Source: Candidatus Nomurabacteria bacterium
Lineage (GTDB): Bacteria; Patescibacteriota; Minisyncoccia; Phycocordibacterales; SBAW01
DNA: 64,000 nt
Reading direction: 5' to 3'
Assembly: GCA_943356495.1 (NCBI GenBank)
Contig: CALRFF010000002.1
Coordinates: 12,596 to 76,595, forward strand
This document shows, piece after piece, positions 45,218-54,718 of this stretch (positions within the stretch are counted from its first letter, which is position 1; the number at the start of each line of letters is the position of its first letter). A program made the position numbers and the translations under genes. The notes beneath the pieces were generated by a model that was not told the DNA's origin, did no database searches, and saw nothing but the letters and a program-made list of their open reading frames with translations.

Positions 45218-47035
45218 ATGAAAGGCTTTGACTTCTTAAAATACAAGCACGCGCCCGAGCAACCGTCGCAGATGGCGCCTATACTCCCCGAGCAGATATA
45301 CAAGCAGGGAGTCTTGGAGCTGCAAGACGTCATAGCCCCCAGCGCGCTTAAGATAACCCCGCGCGAGATAAACTTAGGCGACAAAATCGCCCGCACCTTC
45401 TTTGTGATGTCGTACCCGCGCGTCCTTACCGACAGCTGGTTCGGGCCAATCATCAACCTCGACCGCGTGCTCGATGTGTCTATTTTTATCCACCCCATCG
45501 ACTCGGCCGAGATACTGAAGAAGTTTCAAAAAAAAGTTGCCGAGGTACAAAGCCAGATTATGGCTCGGGAAGAAAAGGGTATGGTCCGCGACCCGATACT
45601 CGACACCGCCTACAAAGACCTCGAAGACTTGCGCGACCAGCTGCAGCAGGCGCAGGAGCGCATCTTTGACGTCGGCGTGTACATCACCATCTACGGCACG
45701 ACGGTCGAAGACCTGGACAAGGCCGAGTCCGAAATTAAGTCCATGCTCGAGTCGCGTCTGGTGTACGTAAAGCCGGCGCTCTTCCAGCAAGAGCAGGGCT
45801 TTAAGTCGGTGCTGCCGCTGGGCCACGACGAGCTCGGCGTAAATTCAAAGCTTAACTCTTCGCCGCTTTCGAGCATCTTCCCGTTTGTGTCCTTTGACCT
45901 CACTTCTGACAAGGGGATTCTCTACGGCGTTAACCGTCACAACGCGTCGCTCGTGCTCTTTGACCGCTTTAGCCTCGAGAACTACAACTCCGTTATCTTT
46001 GCCAAATCGGGCTCGGGCAAAAGCTATGCGACCAAGCTCGAAATACTGCGTACCCTGATGTTTGATACCGAGGTTATTGTTATCGACCCCGAGCGCGAGT
46101 ACGAGTTCCTTAGCCAAACGGTAGGGGGGCGGTACTTCAACATTTCGCTCAACTCAGAAAACCATATCAACCCGTTCGACCTGGCCGCCCCGCGCGAGGA
46201 CGAGTCGCCCGCCGACGTATTGCGCAGCAACATTGTGGCGTTGGTAGGTATGTTCCGCATTATGCTCGGCGGGCTCACCCCCGAGGAGGACGCCATCATG
46301 GACAAGGCAATTACCGAAACCTACGCGCTCAAAGATATTACGGTGGACAGCAACTTTGCCGAGATAGAGCCGCCGCTCCTTTCTGACTTCGAATTGGTGC
46401 TTGCGGGCATGCAGGGCAGCGAATCGCTGGTGCAGCGCCTTAGTAAGTACACCAAAGGCACGTGGGCCGGGTTTATTAACCAGCCGACCAACGTCGACTT
46501 AAACAAAAAGTTCGTCGTCTTTTCGGTGCGCGACATGGAAGACGACCTTAAACCGGTCGCGATGTATCTGATTACGCATTACATATGGAACGCGGTGCGC
46601 AAAAATCTTAAAAAGCGTCTGCTGGTTATCGACGAGGCATGGTGGATGATGAAGTCCGACGACACGGCGTCGTTTCTATACGGCATGGCCAAGCGCGGAC
46701 GCAAATACTTTCTTGGGCTTGCAACCATTACCCAAGACGTAGATGACTTTTTAAAGTCGCCGTACGGCCTGCCGATGATTACCAACTCTTCTATCCAAAT
46801 ACTGCTCAAGCAGTCGCCCACAACCATCGACACGCTGCAAAAAACCTTTAACCTTTCCGACGAAGAAAAATATCTACTGCTTGAGTCTGACGTAGGAGAG
46901 GGGATATTTTTTGCGGGGCTTAAGCATGTTGCCATCAAAGTCATAGCCTCGTACACCGAAGACCAGATAATTACCTCCGATCCCTCCCAAGTACTGGCGC
47001 TTAAGCGCGCACGGACCGAAGGCTCGGCACAATAA
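45218..47035 (+). CDS. virB4: VirB4-like (FtsK/HerA superfamily) secretion ATPase
   Basis: Walker A AKSGSGKS, IDPEREY, INPFD, Walker B LLVIDEAW, KRGRKY...ITQ. Confidence 0.88.
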   Translation: MKGFDFLKYKHAPEQPSQMAPILPEQIYKQGVLELQDVIAPSALKITPREINLGDKIARTFFVMSYPRVLTDSWFGPIINLDRVLDVSIFIHPIDSAEILKKFQKKVAEVQSQIMAREEKGMVRDPILDTAYKDLEDLRDQLQQAQERIFDVGVYITIYGTTVEDLDKAESEIKSMLESRLVYVKPALFQQEQGFKSVLPLGHDELGVNSKLNSSPLSSIFPFVSFDLTSDKGILYGVNRHNASLVLFDRFSLENYNSVIFAKSGSGKSYATKLEILRTLMFDTEVIVIDPEREYEFLSQTVGGRYFNISLNSENHINPFDLAAPREDESPADVLRSNIVALVGMFRIMLGGLTPEEDAIMDKAITETYALKDITVDSNFAEIEPPLLSDFELVLAGMQGSESLVQRLSKYTKGTWAGFINQPTNVDLNKKFVVFSVRDMEDDLKPVAMYLITHYIWNAVRKNLKKRLLVIDEAWWMMKSDDTASFLYGMAKRGRKYFLGLATITQDVDDFLKSPYGLPMITNSSIQILLKQSPTTIDTLQKTFNLSDEEKYLLLESDVGEGIFFAGLKHVAIKVIASYTEDQIITSDPSQVLALKRARTEGSAQ

Positions 47036-47037
47036 TT

Positions 47038-47625
47038 ATGAAAGGCTTTTTACTTATACTTTTTGCACTGTTCATAGACGGCTTACAGGCCATGCTTATG
47101 CTTGTCTTTACGGTCATGCAGTTTGTCACGCCTATTGGAGGTGGAATTGCCGGTGCTTTGGCGGCCGGGCAGTATTGCTGGAGTATCTCTTCAGGTATTT
47201 TTAGCGGCGCTTACAGTTGGGCCTCATGCGCGCTAACTGGTGGGGTTGTAGGTGCAGGGGTGAGTGCTTTTGCTATACCTATAGGCGTCGCTGTCGATGT
47301 AGCCATAACTATTACCTTCGGTGGCGTGTTGGTTATGGTGCTGGCATGGATGGGGATGTTTTACCCCGGTACCGTATTGGGAGTCTTTTTTGGAGAGTCT
47401 ATTCCGATTATTAACATCTTGCCCGGCTGGACACTGATGACCTGGCGCTGCTTGCACAAAAAGAATCAGGAAGAAAAAGATAAGCGTAAAGGTTTTAGCG
47501 GAGCAATGCCGGGAGTGTCGCTCAACGCTGTGCCGGGCCGCGAGGACACTGCGTTTGAAAAAGCCCAATGGGCCACGCGTAGAATCAACGACTCCCGCCA
47601 GGTAGACGGTATACGTCATGCATAA
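47038..47625 (+). CDS. Gly-rich polytopic membrane protein (T4SS-like locus)
   Basis: ALFIDGLQ, several TMs, E.IP.INILP.WT. Confidence 0.75.
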   Translation: MKGFLLILFALFIDGLQAMLMLVFTVMQFVTPIGGGIAGALAAGQYCWSISSGIFSGAYSWASCALTGGVVGAGVSAFAIPIGVAVDVAITITFGGVLVMVLAWMGMFYPGTVLGVFFGESIPIINILPGWTLMTWRCLHKKNQEEKDKRKGFSGAMPGVSLNAVPGREDTAFEKAQWATRRINDSRQVDGIRHA

Positions 47626-48640
47626 CTTCCGCCCTATATTTTTTATACTTGCCGCCCTGCTGTATGCGGGTACCGTACACGCGCAAGGCTCGGGCGTGGA
47701 CCCGGTGCAGTACATTATTGCGCCGGAAACTCCGGGGCCCAATGCTCCGGTGCAGATAACCGTACAAGGGGTGGGGAGCTTCCTCGGTGACGCAACCATC
47801 ACCTGGAGCGTGGGCGGCAAAACGGTTGCGAGCGGCACGGGTTTAGCCGCGTTTAGCTTTACCACCGGCGAGCTGGGCACGCAGAGTATAGTGCGCCTTA
47901 CTATCAGCTCGGCAACGCAAGGGCTTATTACGCGAACCTTTACCTTTACGCCGTCGGTCATCAACCTTGTATGGGAGGCGGACACCTCGGTACCGCCGCT
48001 TTTTGCCGGCAAGGCGCTGTACAGCGCAGGCTCTCCGCTGCGGGTGGTGGCCTTTCCGACCGTTATTGTGGCGGGTAAAAAAGTTGCCGCCGAAAGTCTG
48101 TCGTACCAATGGTCGGTAAACGAGCAGCCGGTGCCCGCGTTGTCGGGCACCGGCAAACATATACTGACCTACACGGGCGACCAGTTACAAAGCGCCGAGG
48201 TGGTGTCGGTGGAGGTATATTTTGGGAGTCTAAAGGTCGGGCGCGCCGAAATTGCCGTACCCGCAAGTGAAACACAGGTGCTGTTGTACCACAAAGATGC
48301 ACTGCGCGGAGTCGTGTGGGACAACAGTATGCCCGCAAGCATTGCGCTCGGAGGAAAAGAGCTTACGCTGCAGGCACAGCCGTACTTTTTTGCCAACACC
48401 GCATTAAAAGGCGGCGCGGTGTCATGGACATGGACACTCAACGACGAGGTGGTTACCGGCCCCGACTCGGCAAAAGGCCTGCTTACCCTGCGCCAAACCG
48501 GCGAAGGGAAGGGGAGCGCGTCACTTACGGTAGAGCTGCAAAACCAAAACTCATCGCAGTTGGTGCAGTCGGCAAAAACGATACTTAGTATTATCTTCGG
48601 CAGCGCGCAATCGGGCTTTTCTTCCTTCTTCGGCCTATGA
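47618..48640 (+). CDS. Secreted beta-rich protein with tandem Ig-like domains
   Basis: Signal peptide ..VHA|Q; three repeats of W...G/N motifs (ITWSVGG, YQWSVNE, WTWTLND). Confidence 0.7.
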   Translation: MHNFRPIFFILAALLYAGTVHAQGSGVDPVQYIIAPETPGPNAPVQITVQGVGSFLGDATITWSVGGKTVASGTGLAAFSFTTGELGTQSIVRLTISSATQGLITRTFTFTPSVINLVWEADTSVPPLFAGKALYSAGSPLRVVAFPTVIVAGKKVAAESLSYQWSVNEQPVPALSGTGKHILTYTGDQLQSAEVVSVEVYFGSLKVGRAEIAVPASETQVLLYHKDALRGVVWDNSMPASIALGGKELTLQAQPYFFANTALKGGAVSWTWTLNDEVVTGPDSAKGLLTLRQTGEGKGSASLTVELQNQNSSQLVQSAKTILSIIFGSAQSGFSSFFGL

Positions 48641-49146
48641 AATATCTAACCAAAGAAAAAATACAGGGAATACTGCTGGCGGGGATTACATACACTCCGC
48701 TTGAGCCCTTCCCCAACGCCACGACGGCCACATACAACTCACTCGGCCTGTATCTTAATTTTGTGTTTAAGATTTTGCTTTCTTTGGGGGCCATGGTGGC
48801 AGTAGTAACGCTCGTATTCGGAGGCATAGCCTACATGGTGTCCGAAATTGCGGACAAAAAAACCGAGGCAAGAAAACGCATACAGGCGGCACTCCTCGGG
48901 CTCTTTCTGCTACTGACTTGCTGGCTCATTTTGTATGAAATCAACCCAAATCTGGTTAAATTCTGTCTACCCGGTCTCGACGCCGCTTGCCAGGGGGCTA
49001 TGGCTCCCTCCACTGCGCGCCCTGCCGCCCAGCCTTCGACCGCAAGTGTTGCCCCGAAGCCAGACAACGCAGACAAGGCTGATTGTGAGTCGGTAGCCGG
49101 CAGAACCTTGCATGCAACCGGTCCGGGCACGTGGGAATGCAGATAA
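48637..49146 (+). CDS. VirB2/TrbC-like pilin with Cys-containing C-terminal extension
   Basis: Two TMs linked by GG..YM.S....KK.EA.KRI..A..GL, ending INP.L; four C-terminal Cys. Confidence 0.7.
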   Translation: MKYLTKEKIQGILLAGITYTPLEPFPNATTATYNSLGLYLNFVFKILLSLGAMVAVVTLVFGGIAYMVSEIADKKTEARKRIQAALLGLFLLLTCWLILYEINPNLVKFCLPGLDAACQGAMAPSTARPAAQPSTASVAPKPDNADKADCESVAGRTLHATGPGTWECR

Positions 49147-49150
49147 CATT

Positions 49151-50392
49151 ATGAACAAAACGTACCTATATTACATCGGGGGGACCATAACAGCAGTAGT
49201 AATTTCAGGCGTACTTGCGTTCTTTATTTTCTCGAACGGCCCGGCGACACAAACACAAGGACCGGCCGGTAGTGGTTTCGGCTCAACTGAAAATACAACA
49301 ACTAACGCCGGGGCCTCCGGCACTAACGGAGGGGCAGGGGGAGTGTCACAAAATACCGGCGCGCAAACCTCTCAGCAAAAAATATTCAAAATTTCAGACG
49401 GCCCGGTCGCAGGCGCCACGTTTGTACAGACACTGCGCCCCACGACAACCCTGGCGCGCTTTGTAATGGCAGAAAATGGTCACACGTTCGACCTGGTACT
49501 CGACTCGCAAGGCGCGGTTCCTAAAGCGCTATCCAATACCACTATCCCCGGCGCCCAGAGTACGCTTTGGGTAGAAAAAGGCAATGCCACTGTATTGCAA
49601 TACCTCGACGGTACAACGCCTAAAACTGTGTACCTTGGATTTGCAACAAGTAGCGCTTCTACCAACCCGATCGTGCGCCTGCAGTTTTATCCAGACGGCA
49701 TCGTGTCGTTTGCGGGTTCGCCCGACGGAACGCAGGTTGCCTATCTGTTGCGCACCGCAAGAGGGGTGGACGCCTACACAGCAAAAACGGACGGCACCCA
49801 AGGCAAACGGCTCTTTTCGCTCCCGCTCTCAGAGGTGCAGCTGCGCTGGCCGGCGCAAGGCACCTTGCTTGCACATACCAATGCCGCTGTCGGCGTGCCG
49901 GGGATTGCCTTTGCCATAGACGCAAAAACGGGCGTAGTAACCCCGCTCGTATATGCGCCGGGGCTGACCGCAACAGCCGACCTCACTTTTGACCATGTGA
50001 TGTACCAAACCACACCAGCTAGTTCCGGTATGCGGGCAACCTACTCGCGCGAGGTCAGCTCGGGCACCAACCGTGCGCTTTCATTTGATCCCTACCCGGA
50101 GAAATGTATACAGAGCCCGCGCGCCGCAACCGTACTGTATTGTGCAACTCCGCTCGACTACGTAGCTACAACCTACCTTGATATGTGGCACCAGGGTGCA
50201 GCGAGCACTGCAGACAGTGTTATTTCATTTGACCTTGTGGCAGGCACCTCGCAGATACTCGCAACGCCGGGTGGGGCCGAAGGGGGAGTGGCTACCGATA
50301 TGTTGCAGCTCGCAGCCTCGGGAGACGGGCGCTATCTGCTGTTTGTATCAAAATACGATCGCTCCCTGTGGGGCGTTAGGCTCCTGCCGTAG
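49151..50392 (+). CDS. Membrane-anchored beta-propeller-like protein
   Basis: TM, Gly/Thr linker, SPDGTQVAY and SGDGRYLLF propeller-type motifs. Confidence 0.7.
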   Translation: MNKTYLYYIGGTITAVVISGVLAFFIFSNGPATQTQGPAGSGFGSTENTTTNAGASGTNGGAGGVSQNTGAQTSQQKIFKISDGPVAGATFVQTLRPTTTLARFVMAENGHTFDLVLDSQGAVPKALSNTTIPGAQSTLWVEKGNATVLQYLDGTTPKTVYLGFATSSASTNPIVRLQFYPDGIVSFAGSPDGTQVAYLLRTARGVDAYTAKTDGTQGKRLFSLPLSEVQLRWPAQGTLLAHTNAAVGVPGIAFAIDAKTGVVTPLVYAPGLTATADLTFDHVMYQTTPASSGMRATYSREVSSGTNRALSFDPYPEKCIQSPRAATVLYCATPLDYVATTYLDMWHQGAASTADSVISFDLVAGTSQILATPGGAEGGVATDMLQLAASGDGRYLLFVSKYDRSLWGVRLLP

Positions 50393-50837
50393 CGCCCGCT
50401 TTATATTTGAGTACGATATGGCGGAATTTACCCTCGCCGGCGGACTCGGTTTTGATCTCGGCGTCGTCGGCGAACAATTCATGCACCACCAGCCGCTCAT
50501 ACGACGACATCGGCGGCAGCTCTACATCATGTTTAAACAATCGTGCGCGCTGCGCCAGCATAAGCGCGTTTTTACGTACGACCTCAAGCTGGTTCTCGTG
50601 GTAATCGTTGATGTCTATAAGGAAATTTGCGGCTTCTTCGCCGTGCTTTTTTTCAACCATGCGGCGGGCGATAGTGTTGAGCGCCCGCAACGATTCGCCG
50701 TCTTGGCCGACAATGGCCTGCGCGTCGGGGGACTGCACGCGGACCACCGTGCGAGGTCCTTCTGACAGCGCAATTGAGTCGGTAGAAACCCCGAGCTTAC
50801 TAAACAGTTCTGTAACAAATGCGTGGAGATCGGGCAT
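50376..50837 (-). CDS. jag: Jag/KhpB-like KH + R3H RNA-binding protein (short form)
   Basis: IVG..GE.L.AL, PMSSYERLVVH, TES.GEG..R; follows yidC. Confidence 0.85.
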   Translation of the reverse strand: MPDLHAFVTELFSKLGVSTDSIALSEGPRTVVRVQSPDAQAIVGQDGESLRALNTIARRMVEKKHGEEAANFLIDINDYHENQLEVVRKNALMLAQRARLFKHDVELPPMSSYERLVVHELFADDAEIKTESAGEGKFRHIVLKYKAGATAGA

Positions 50838-50862
50838 GGGTTTAACCATACCCCGACCTGAA

Positions 50863-51576
50863 CTACTTCTGCAACTTGTGCTTAATAAGCCACTCTTGTC
50901 CCAAGGAAATGAGGTTGCCGGCAATAAAGTAGACGCCTACCGCAGCAGGGAAGAAGTACCCAAATACGCCGAGGAGCCCCGGCATAAGGTAGAGCATCAT
51001 AGCGCTCTGCATCTTTTGAGCCGCGGCCTTTTCAGGGGAAAGGGTGGTTTGAGAAACGTTGGTGCGCGCGAGCGTCAGCTTGATAGTAAGGTATTGCGTA
51101 ATGCCAACCAACGCAGCCACTACGATATGGTGAGGGGTCAGAAGGTCGATAAACCCAAGGAAGTGCGTATTAACCACGGCCGGCACCTGCACAAATGAGT
51201 AGAGCAGATGCTCCTCAATGGCCGGAAAGCCTTCACGAAACATTGCGTAATACAGCGCAATGAGCACCACGAGCTGTATCGCCAACGTACCGATGCCCGC
51301 GAGGGGATTAACTTTATGTTTTTTTAACAGCTCAAGGCGCGCCTTGGTAAGCTCCTCGGGCTTGTCTTTAAGTTTTTTTGTAACCTCATCGAGGTCGGCC
51401 TGCATGGCCTGCATACCCATTTGGGTGCGAATGGACGAGGTAAACACCGGATACAGTACCGCGCGCATAATAATAGTGAGCGCAATAATCGCGAGTCCCA
51501 CGTCGCCGCCCGGCACCACCCCGATAAGAAACACAAACAGGTTATAGATAGGCTGTATGAAGTAGGTGGTAAACAT
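50863..51576 (-). CDS. yidC: Membrane protein insertase YidC (short form)
   Basis: GLAII.LT...R..LYP, VNPLAG, Q.....ALY, P.AV..Y; conserved rpmH-rnpA-yidC-jag order. Confidence 0.92.
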   Translation of the reverse strand: MFTTYFIQPIYNLFVFLIGVVPGGDVGLAIIALTIIMRAVLYPVFTSSIRTQMGMQAMQADLDEVTKKLKDKPEELTKARLELLKKHKVNPLAGIGTLAIQLVVLIALYYAMFREGFPAIEEHLLYSFVQVPAVVNTHFLGFIDLLTPHHIVVAALVGITQYLTIKLTLARTNVSQTTLSPEKAAAQKMQSAMMLYLMPGLLGVFGYFFPAAVGVYFIAGNLISLGQEWLIKHKLQK

Positions 51577-51582
51577 ATAGGT

Positions 51583-51837
51583 TTAATTACGGACAAAAAG
51601 CGCCAAAAGTCCTTTGTGCGGCAGGTCGAACCCCTTAAGGTCGCGATAGGCCTTACGGCGCATACGGTTGCGCTTGGTGGCAAGGCGGGCGGTCTTTTTA
51701 GACACAATGACCGCAACCCCGAGCGGGGCGCGGCCATCAAGGTATTTGCCGGTATAGGGGCCTACTTTCAGGCTTTTACCGCGGGCAAGCACCTCTTTAA
51801 CCTCTAACGCACGCAATCGCGAACGTTTGGGGAGCAT
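51583..51837 (-). CDS. rnpA: Ribonuclease P protein component (84 aa)
   Basis: MLPK..RL, VSKK.A..A.KRNRMRR motif. Confidence 0.88.
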   Translation of the reverse strand: MLPKRSRLRALEVKEVLARGKSLKVGPYTGKYLDGRAPLGVAVIVSKKTARLATKRNRMRRKAYRDLKGFDLPHKGLLALFVRN

Positions 51838-51842
51838 AGGAG

Positions 51843-51977
51843 TTAGGCTGAGAGGCGAGCGCGGCCCTTGCGGCGGCGGCGGGCAAGCGTAGCGCGGCCT
51901 GCGGGGGTAGCCGCGCGCTTAAGAAACCCGTGGGAACGGGCCCGTTTGCGCTTTTTGGGCTGGTACGTTTGTGACAT
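51843..51977 (-). CDS. rpmH: 50S ribosomal protein L34 (not in ORF track)
   Basis: [44 protein letters not shown]. Confidence 0.96.
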   Translation of the reverse strand: MSQTYQPKKRKRARSHGFLKRAATPAGRATLARRRRKGRARLSA

Positions 51978-52034
51978 GTGTCAACTATACCGTATCCCCA
52001 GTTTCTCCACAACAAGTGCACACCTGTAGGAATT

Positions 52035-52063
52035 TTGACGGACGGGGCAATGGCGCGTATTCT
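52035..52063 (+). promoter_or_regulatory. dnaA promoter
   Basis: TTGACG-17 nt-TATTCT; DnaA-box-like TTCTCCACA at 52002-52010. Confidence 0.65.
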
Positions 52064-52075
52064 TTAATAACTTCA

Positions 52076-53419
52076 ATGACAACCACAAAAGAACTTTGGG
52101 AAAACGCACTGGTAGAGCTCGAGCTCACCATATCGCGCCCGAACTTTAATACGTGGTTCCGTGACACACACATTACGCGCTTTGAGGAGGGGGTAGTATA
52201 CCTTGGCGTCCCGTCGCAGTTTGCCCGCGACTGGCTTTCCTCTAAGTTCCATAAGGATATTCTGCGGAGCCTGCGCGTGCTCTCGGAAAGTGTCCGCAAT
52301 GTCGAGTATGTTATTTCGCGCGGCCCCAAACGCACAGAGGAACCGCGCACCGTACCGCCCCCCGTTACCGAGCTGCCGCTCGAGCCGGTGCATGCTCGCA
52401 CCAACCTCAACCCACGTTTTACCTTTAACAATCTGGTGGTTGGGCCGTTTAATGAGCTCGCAAATGCCGCTGCACAGGCCGTAGTACGCAAACCGGGCAT
52501 CGCGTACAACCCCTTACTGGTCTACGGACCGACCGGGTTGGGCAAAACACACCTCGTGCAGGCTATCGGCAATCACTTCCGCCTCCAAGCGCCCGACCGC
52601 AAGGTGTATTACGTCACTTCGGAAAAGTTTTCTATGGACTATGTCTCCGCTCTACAGGAGGGGGGCGGCAAAATAACAAGCTTTAAAGAAAAATACCGCC
52701 AGTATGACCTGCTTATTATGGACGATGTACAGTTTTTGGCCGGGCGCGACAAGATAAAAGAAGAGTTCTTCCACCTCTTTAACTACCTGCACGACAACAA
52801 CAAGCAGTTGGTCTTTTCTTCCGACCAGCACCCAAACGTCATACAAAACCTTGAAGACCGCATAAAAAGCCGTCTCTCGGCCGGCATGATCGTCTCAGTA
52901 ACGCCCCCAGACCACCAGTCGCGCTTGGCAATCGTGCGGGCTAAGGCCTCCGCACATAACTTTATTCTTGCCGACGAGGTGCTGGAGTATTTAGCTACCA
53001 CTATTGCGGGCAATGTACGCGAGCTCGAGGGCGCGCTTAACACGCTTTTGTGCCAATTTGAGATGCGGGGGACGCCGCTGTCGCTTGCAGACGCTAAAAC
53101 ACTCCTACGAGGCTCCGGCGCCACACAAAAGAAGGCGGTGTCGGTGCAGGAAGTGGTTAAAACGATAGCCAACTTTTACGGAGTAGAGGAGGGGAGTATT
53201 TACGAAAAGACGCGCCGCAAAGAGGTAGTGCGCCCCCGGCAAGTCATTATGTTTTTGTTGCGGGAAGACTTCCGTATTTCCTTCCCCACTATAGGAGAGA
53301 AGCTCGGCGGCCGAGACCACACCACCGTCATACACTCCTGCGACAAAATAAAGAACGATTTACGCCAAGACAGCATACTTTCCAACGAACTCCACCAAAT
53401 TCGCCTCATGTTGAAATGA
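52076..53419 (+). CDS. dnaA: Chromosomal replication initiator DnaA
   Basis: YNPLLVYGPTGLGKTHL, DDVQFL, NVRELEGAL, GGRDHTTVIH. Confidence 0.98.
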   Translation: MTTTKELWENALVELELTISRPNFNTWFRDTHITRFEEGVVYLGVPSQFARDWLSSKFHKDILRSLRVLSESVRNVEYVISRGPKRTEEPRTVPPPVTELPLEPVHARTNLNPRFTFNNLVVGPFNELANAAAQAVVRKPGIAYNPLLVYGPTGLGKTHLVQAIGNHFRLQAPDRKVYYVTSEKFSMDYVSALQEGGGKITSFKEKYRQYDLLIMDDVQFLAGRDKIKEEFFHLFNYLHDNNKQLVFSSDQHPNVIQNLEDRIKSRLSAGMIVSVTPPDHQSRLAIVRAKASAHNFILADEVLEYLATTIAGNVRELEGALNTLLCQFEMRGTPLSLADAKTLLRGSGATQKKAVSVQEVVKTIANFYGVEEGSIYEKTRRKEVVRPRQVIMFLLREDFRISFPTIGEKLGGRDHTTVIHSCDKIKNDLRQDSILSNELHQIRLMLK

Positions 53420-53620
53420 TGTGGATAGCGATGTATAACAAGAGTCTCCTACACACTACCCACACTTCTATGCACAGTTTTCCTCAGAAATGTGGCGGTA
53501 GCAGGGGATCAGATAAACCTTATGTTTAAACAATAAAGTAACTTATCCCCCTTACCCACAAGGCTAATAGTAATAAGGTTTATATATACAACCCTTTCCA
53601 CACAACTCTTTTAAACCCGT
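53420..53620. other. Replication origin oriC
   Basis: dnaA-dnaN gap with DnaA-box variants (TGTGGATAG, CTACCCACA, CTATGCACA, TTATCCCCC, TTACCCACA, CTTTCCACA), trio-like CTAATAGTAATA and an AT-rich tract. Confidence 0.85.
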
Positions 53621-54718
53621 ATGAAATTCGAAACCACTACAGACCAATTACTACAAGGAGTTACAACCGCAGCACGGTTTGTAGAACGCCGGGCAAACTT
53701 GCCGGTATTGGCCGCTATACTTATTACCGCCGACGGTAACCGTATTATTTTACGCGCGACCAACCTTGAGTGTGGGGTAGAGATTTCTGTACCAGGTAAG
53801 GTGTCGGTAGATGGGACGGTGGCGGTGCCGGGGGGAGTACTTGCCGGTTTTTTAAGCAATGCGCGCGGCAAGTCAGTGTTGGTGGAACTTAAAGGCGAAC
53901 TATTAAAACTTCATACCGAGCGTGCGGAAGCATCTATTAAAACTATCCCGCATCAGGACTTTCCGGTGCTGCCGCGCGTACCCGCCACTAACTCTTTTGG
54001 GCTTAAGGCCCAGGACTTCGTAAAGGCTATACGGGGGGTTGCGTACTGCGCGTCTATGTCGGCGGTCAAACCCGAGCTCCAAAGTGTGCTTTTATGGGCT
54101 GAGGGGGCAAAATTAACTGCGGTTGCCACAGACTCCTTCCGCCTTGCGGAAAAGACGGTGGCGCTGCGCAAAGGCGGCAGTATTCCGCAGTTGTTGGTGC
54201 CGGCGCGTAACGCGGCCGAGCTTATGCGTATACTCGAAGGTGTCGCCGGTGATGTGGAGATTTACTACAGCGAAAATCAAATTTCTACCCAAACGGACAG
54301 CACCTACTACACCAGCCGCCTGCTCGACGGCGCGTTTCCTAACTACAAACAAATACTGCCTAAAAGCTTTTCGACCGAGGCGGTAGTGTTGCGTGAGGAC
54401 TTTGGCGGGGCGCTTAAATCACTGTCTATTTTTGCGGACAAATTTGCGCAGGTATCTCTTTCTATTGAGCCGGCTAAAAAGGCCATTCTTCTTTCTTCGC
54501 GCAACCCCGACGTGGGCGAGCAGACCAGTACCGTTAAGGCGACTGTCTCGGGCGACGGCGCAGCGATGTCGTTTAACGGTCGCTACTTGGCCGACAGCCT
54601 GCAGTCTATCAACGGCGACTCGGTGCGGCTCTCGAGCAACGGTCCCGGCAAAGCAATGCTTATTAAAGATGCCTCCGACGACTCCTTTTTGTACCTCGCA
54701 ATGCCGATGAACCGCTAA
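53621..54718 (+). CDS. dnaN: DNA polymerase III beta clamp
   Basis: ATNLE, DFP.LP, VATDSFRLA, G.FPNY, MPM; follows dnaA. Confidence 0.96.
   Translation: MKFETTTDQLLQGVTTAARFVERRANLPVLAAILITADGNRIILRATNLECGVEISVPGKVSVDGTVAVPGGVLAGFLSNARGKSVLVELKGELLKLHTERAEASIKTIPHQDFPVLPRVPATNSFGLKAQDFVKAIRGVAYCASMSAVKPELQSVLLWAEGAKLTAVATDSFRLAEKTVALRKGGSIPQLLVPARNAAELMRILEGVAGDVEIYYSENQISTQTDSTYYTSRLLDGAFPNYKQILPKSFSTEAVVLREDFGGALKSLSIFADKFAQVSLSIEPAKKAILLSSRNPDVGEQTSTVKATVSGDGAAMSFNGRYLADSLQSINGDSVRLSSNGPGKAMLIKDASDDSFLYLAMPMNR

Noticed and set aside
37829-50392. T4SS-like locus as a conjugative ICE or integrated plasmid
   Set aside because: No relaxase, coupling protein, integrase or replication gene at the locus; promoter style matches the core genome. 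Unlinked partners outside the window cannot be excluded.
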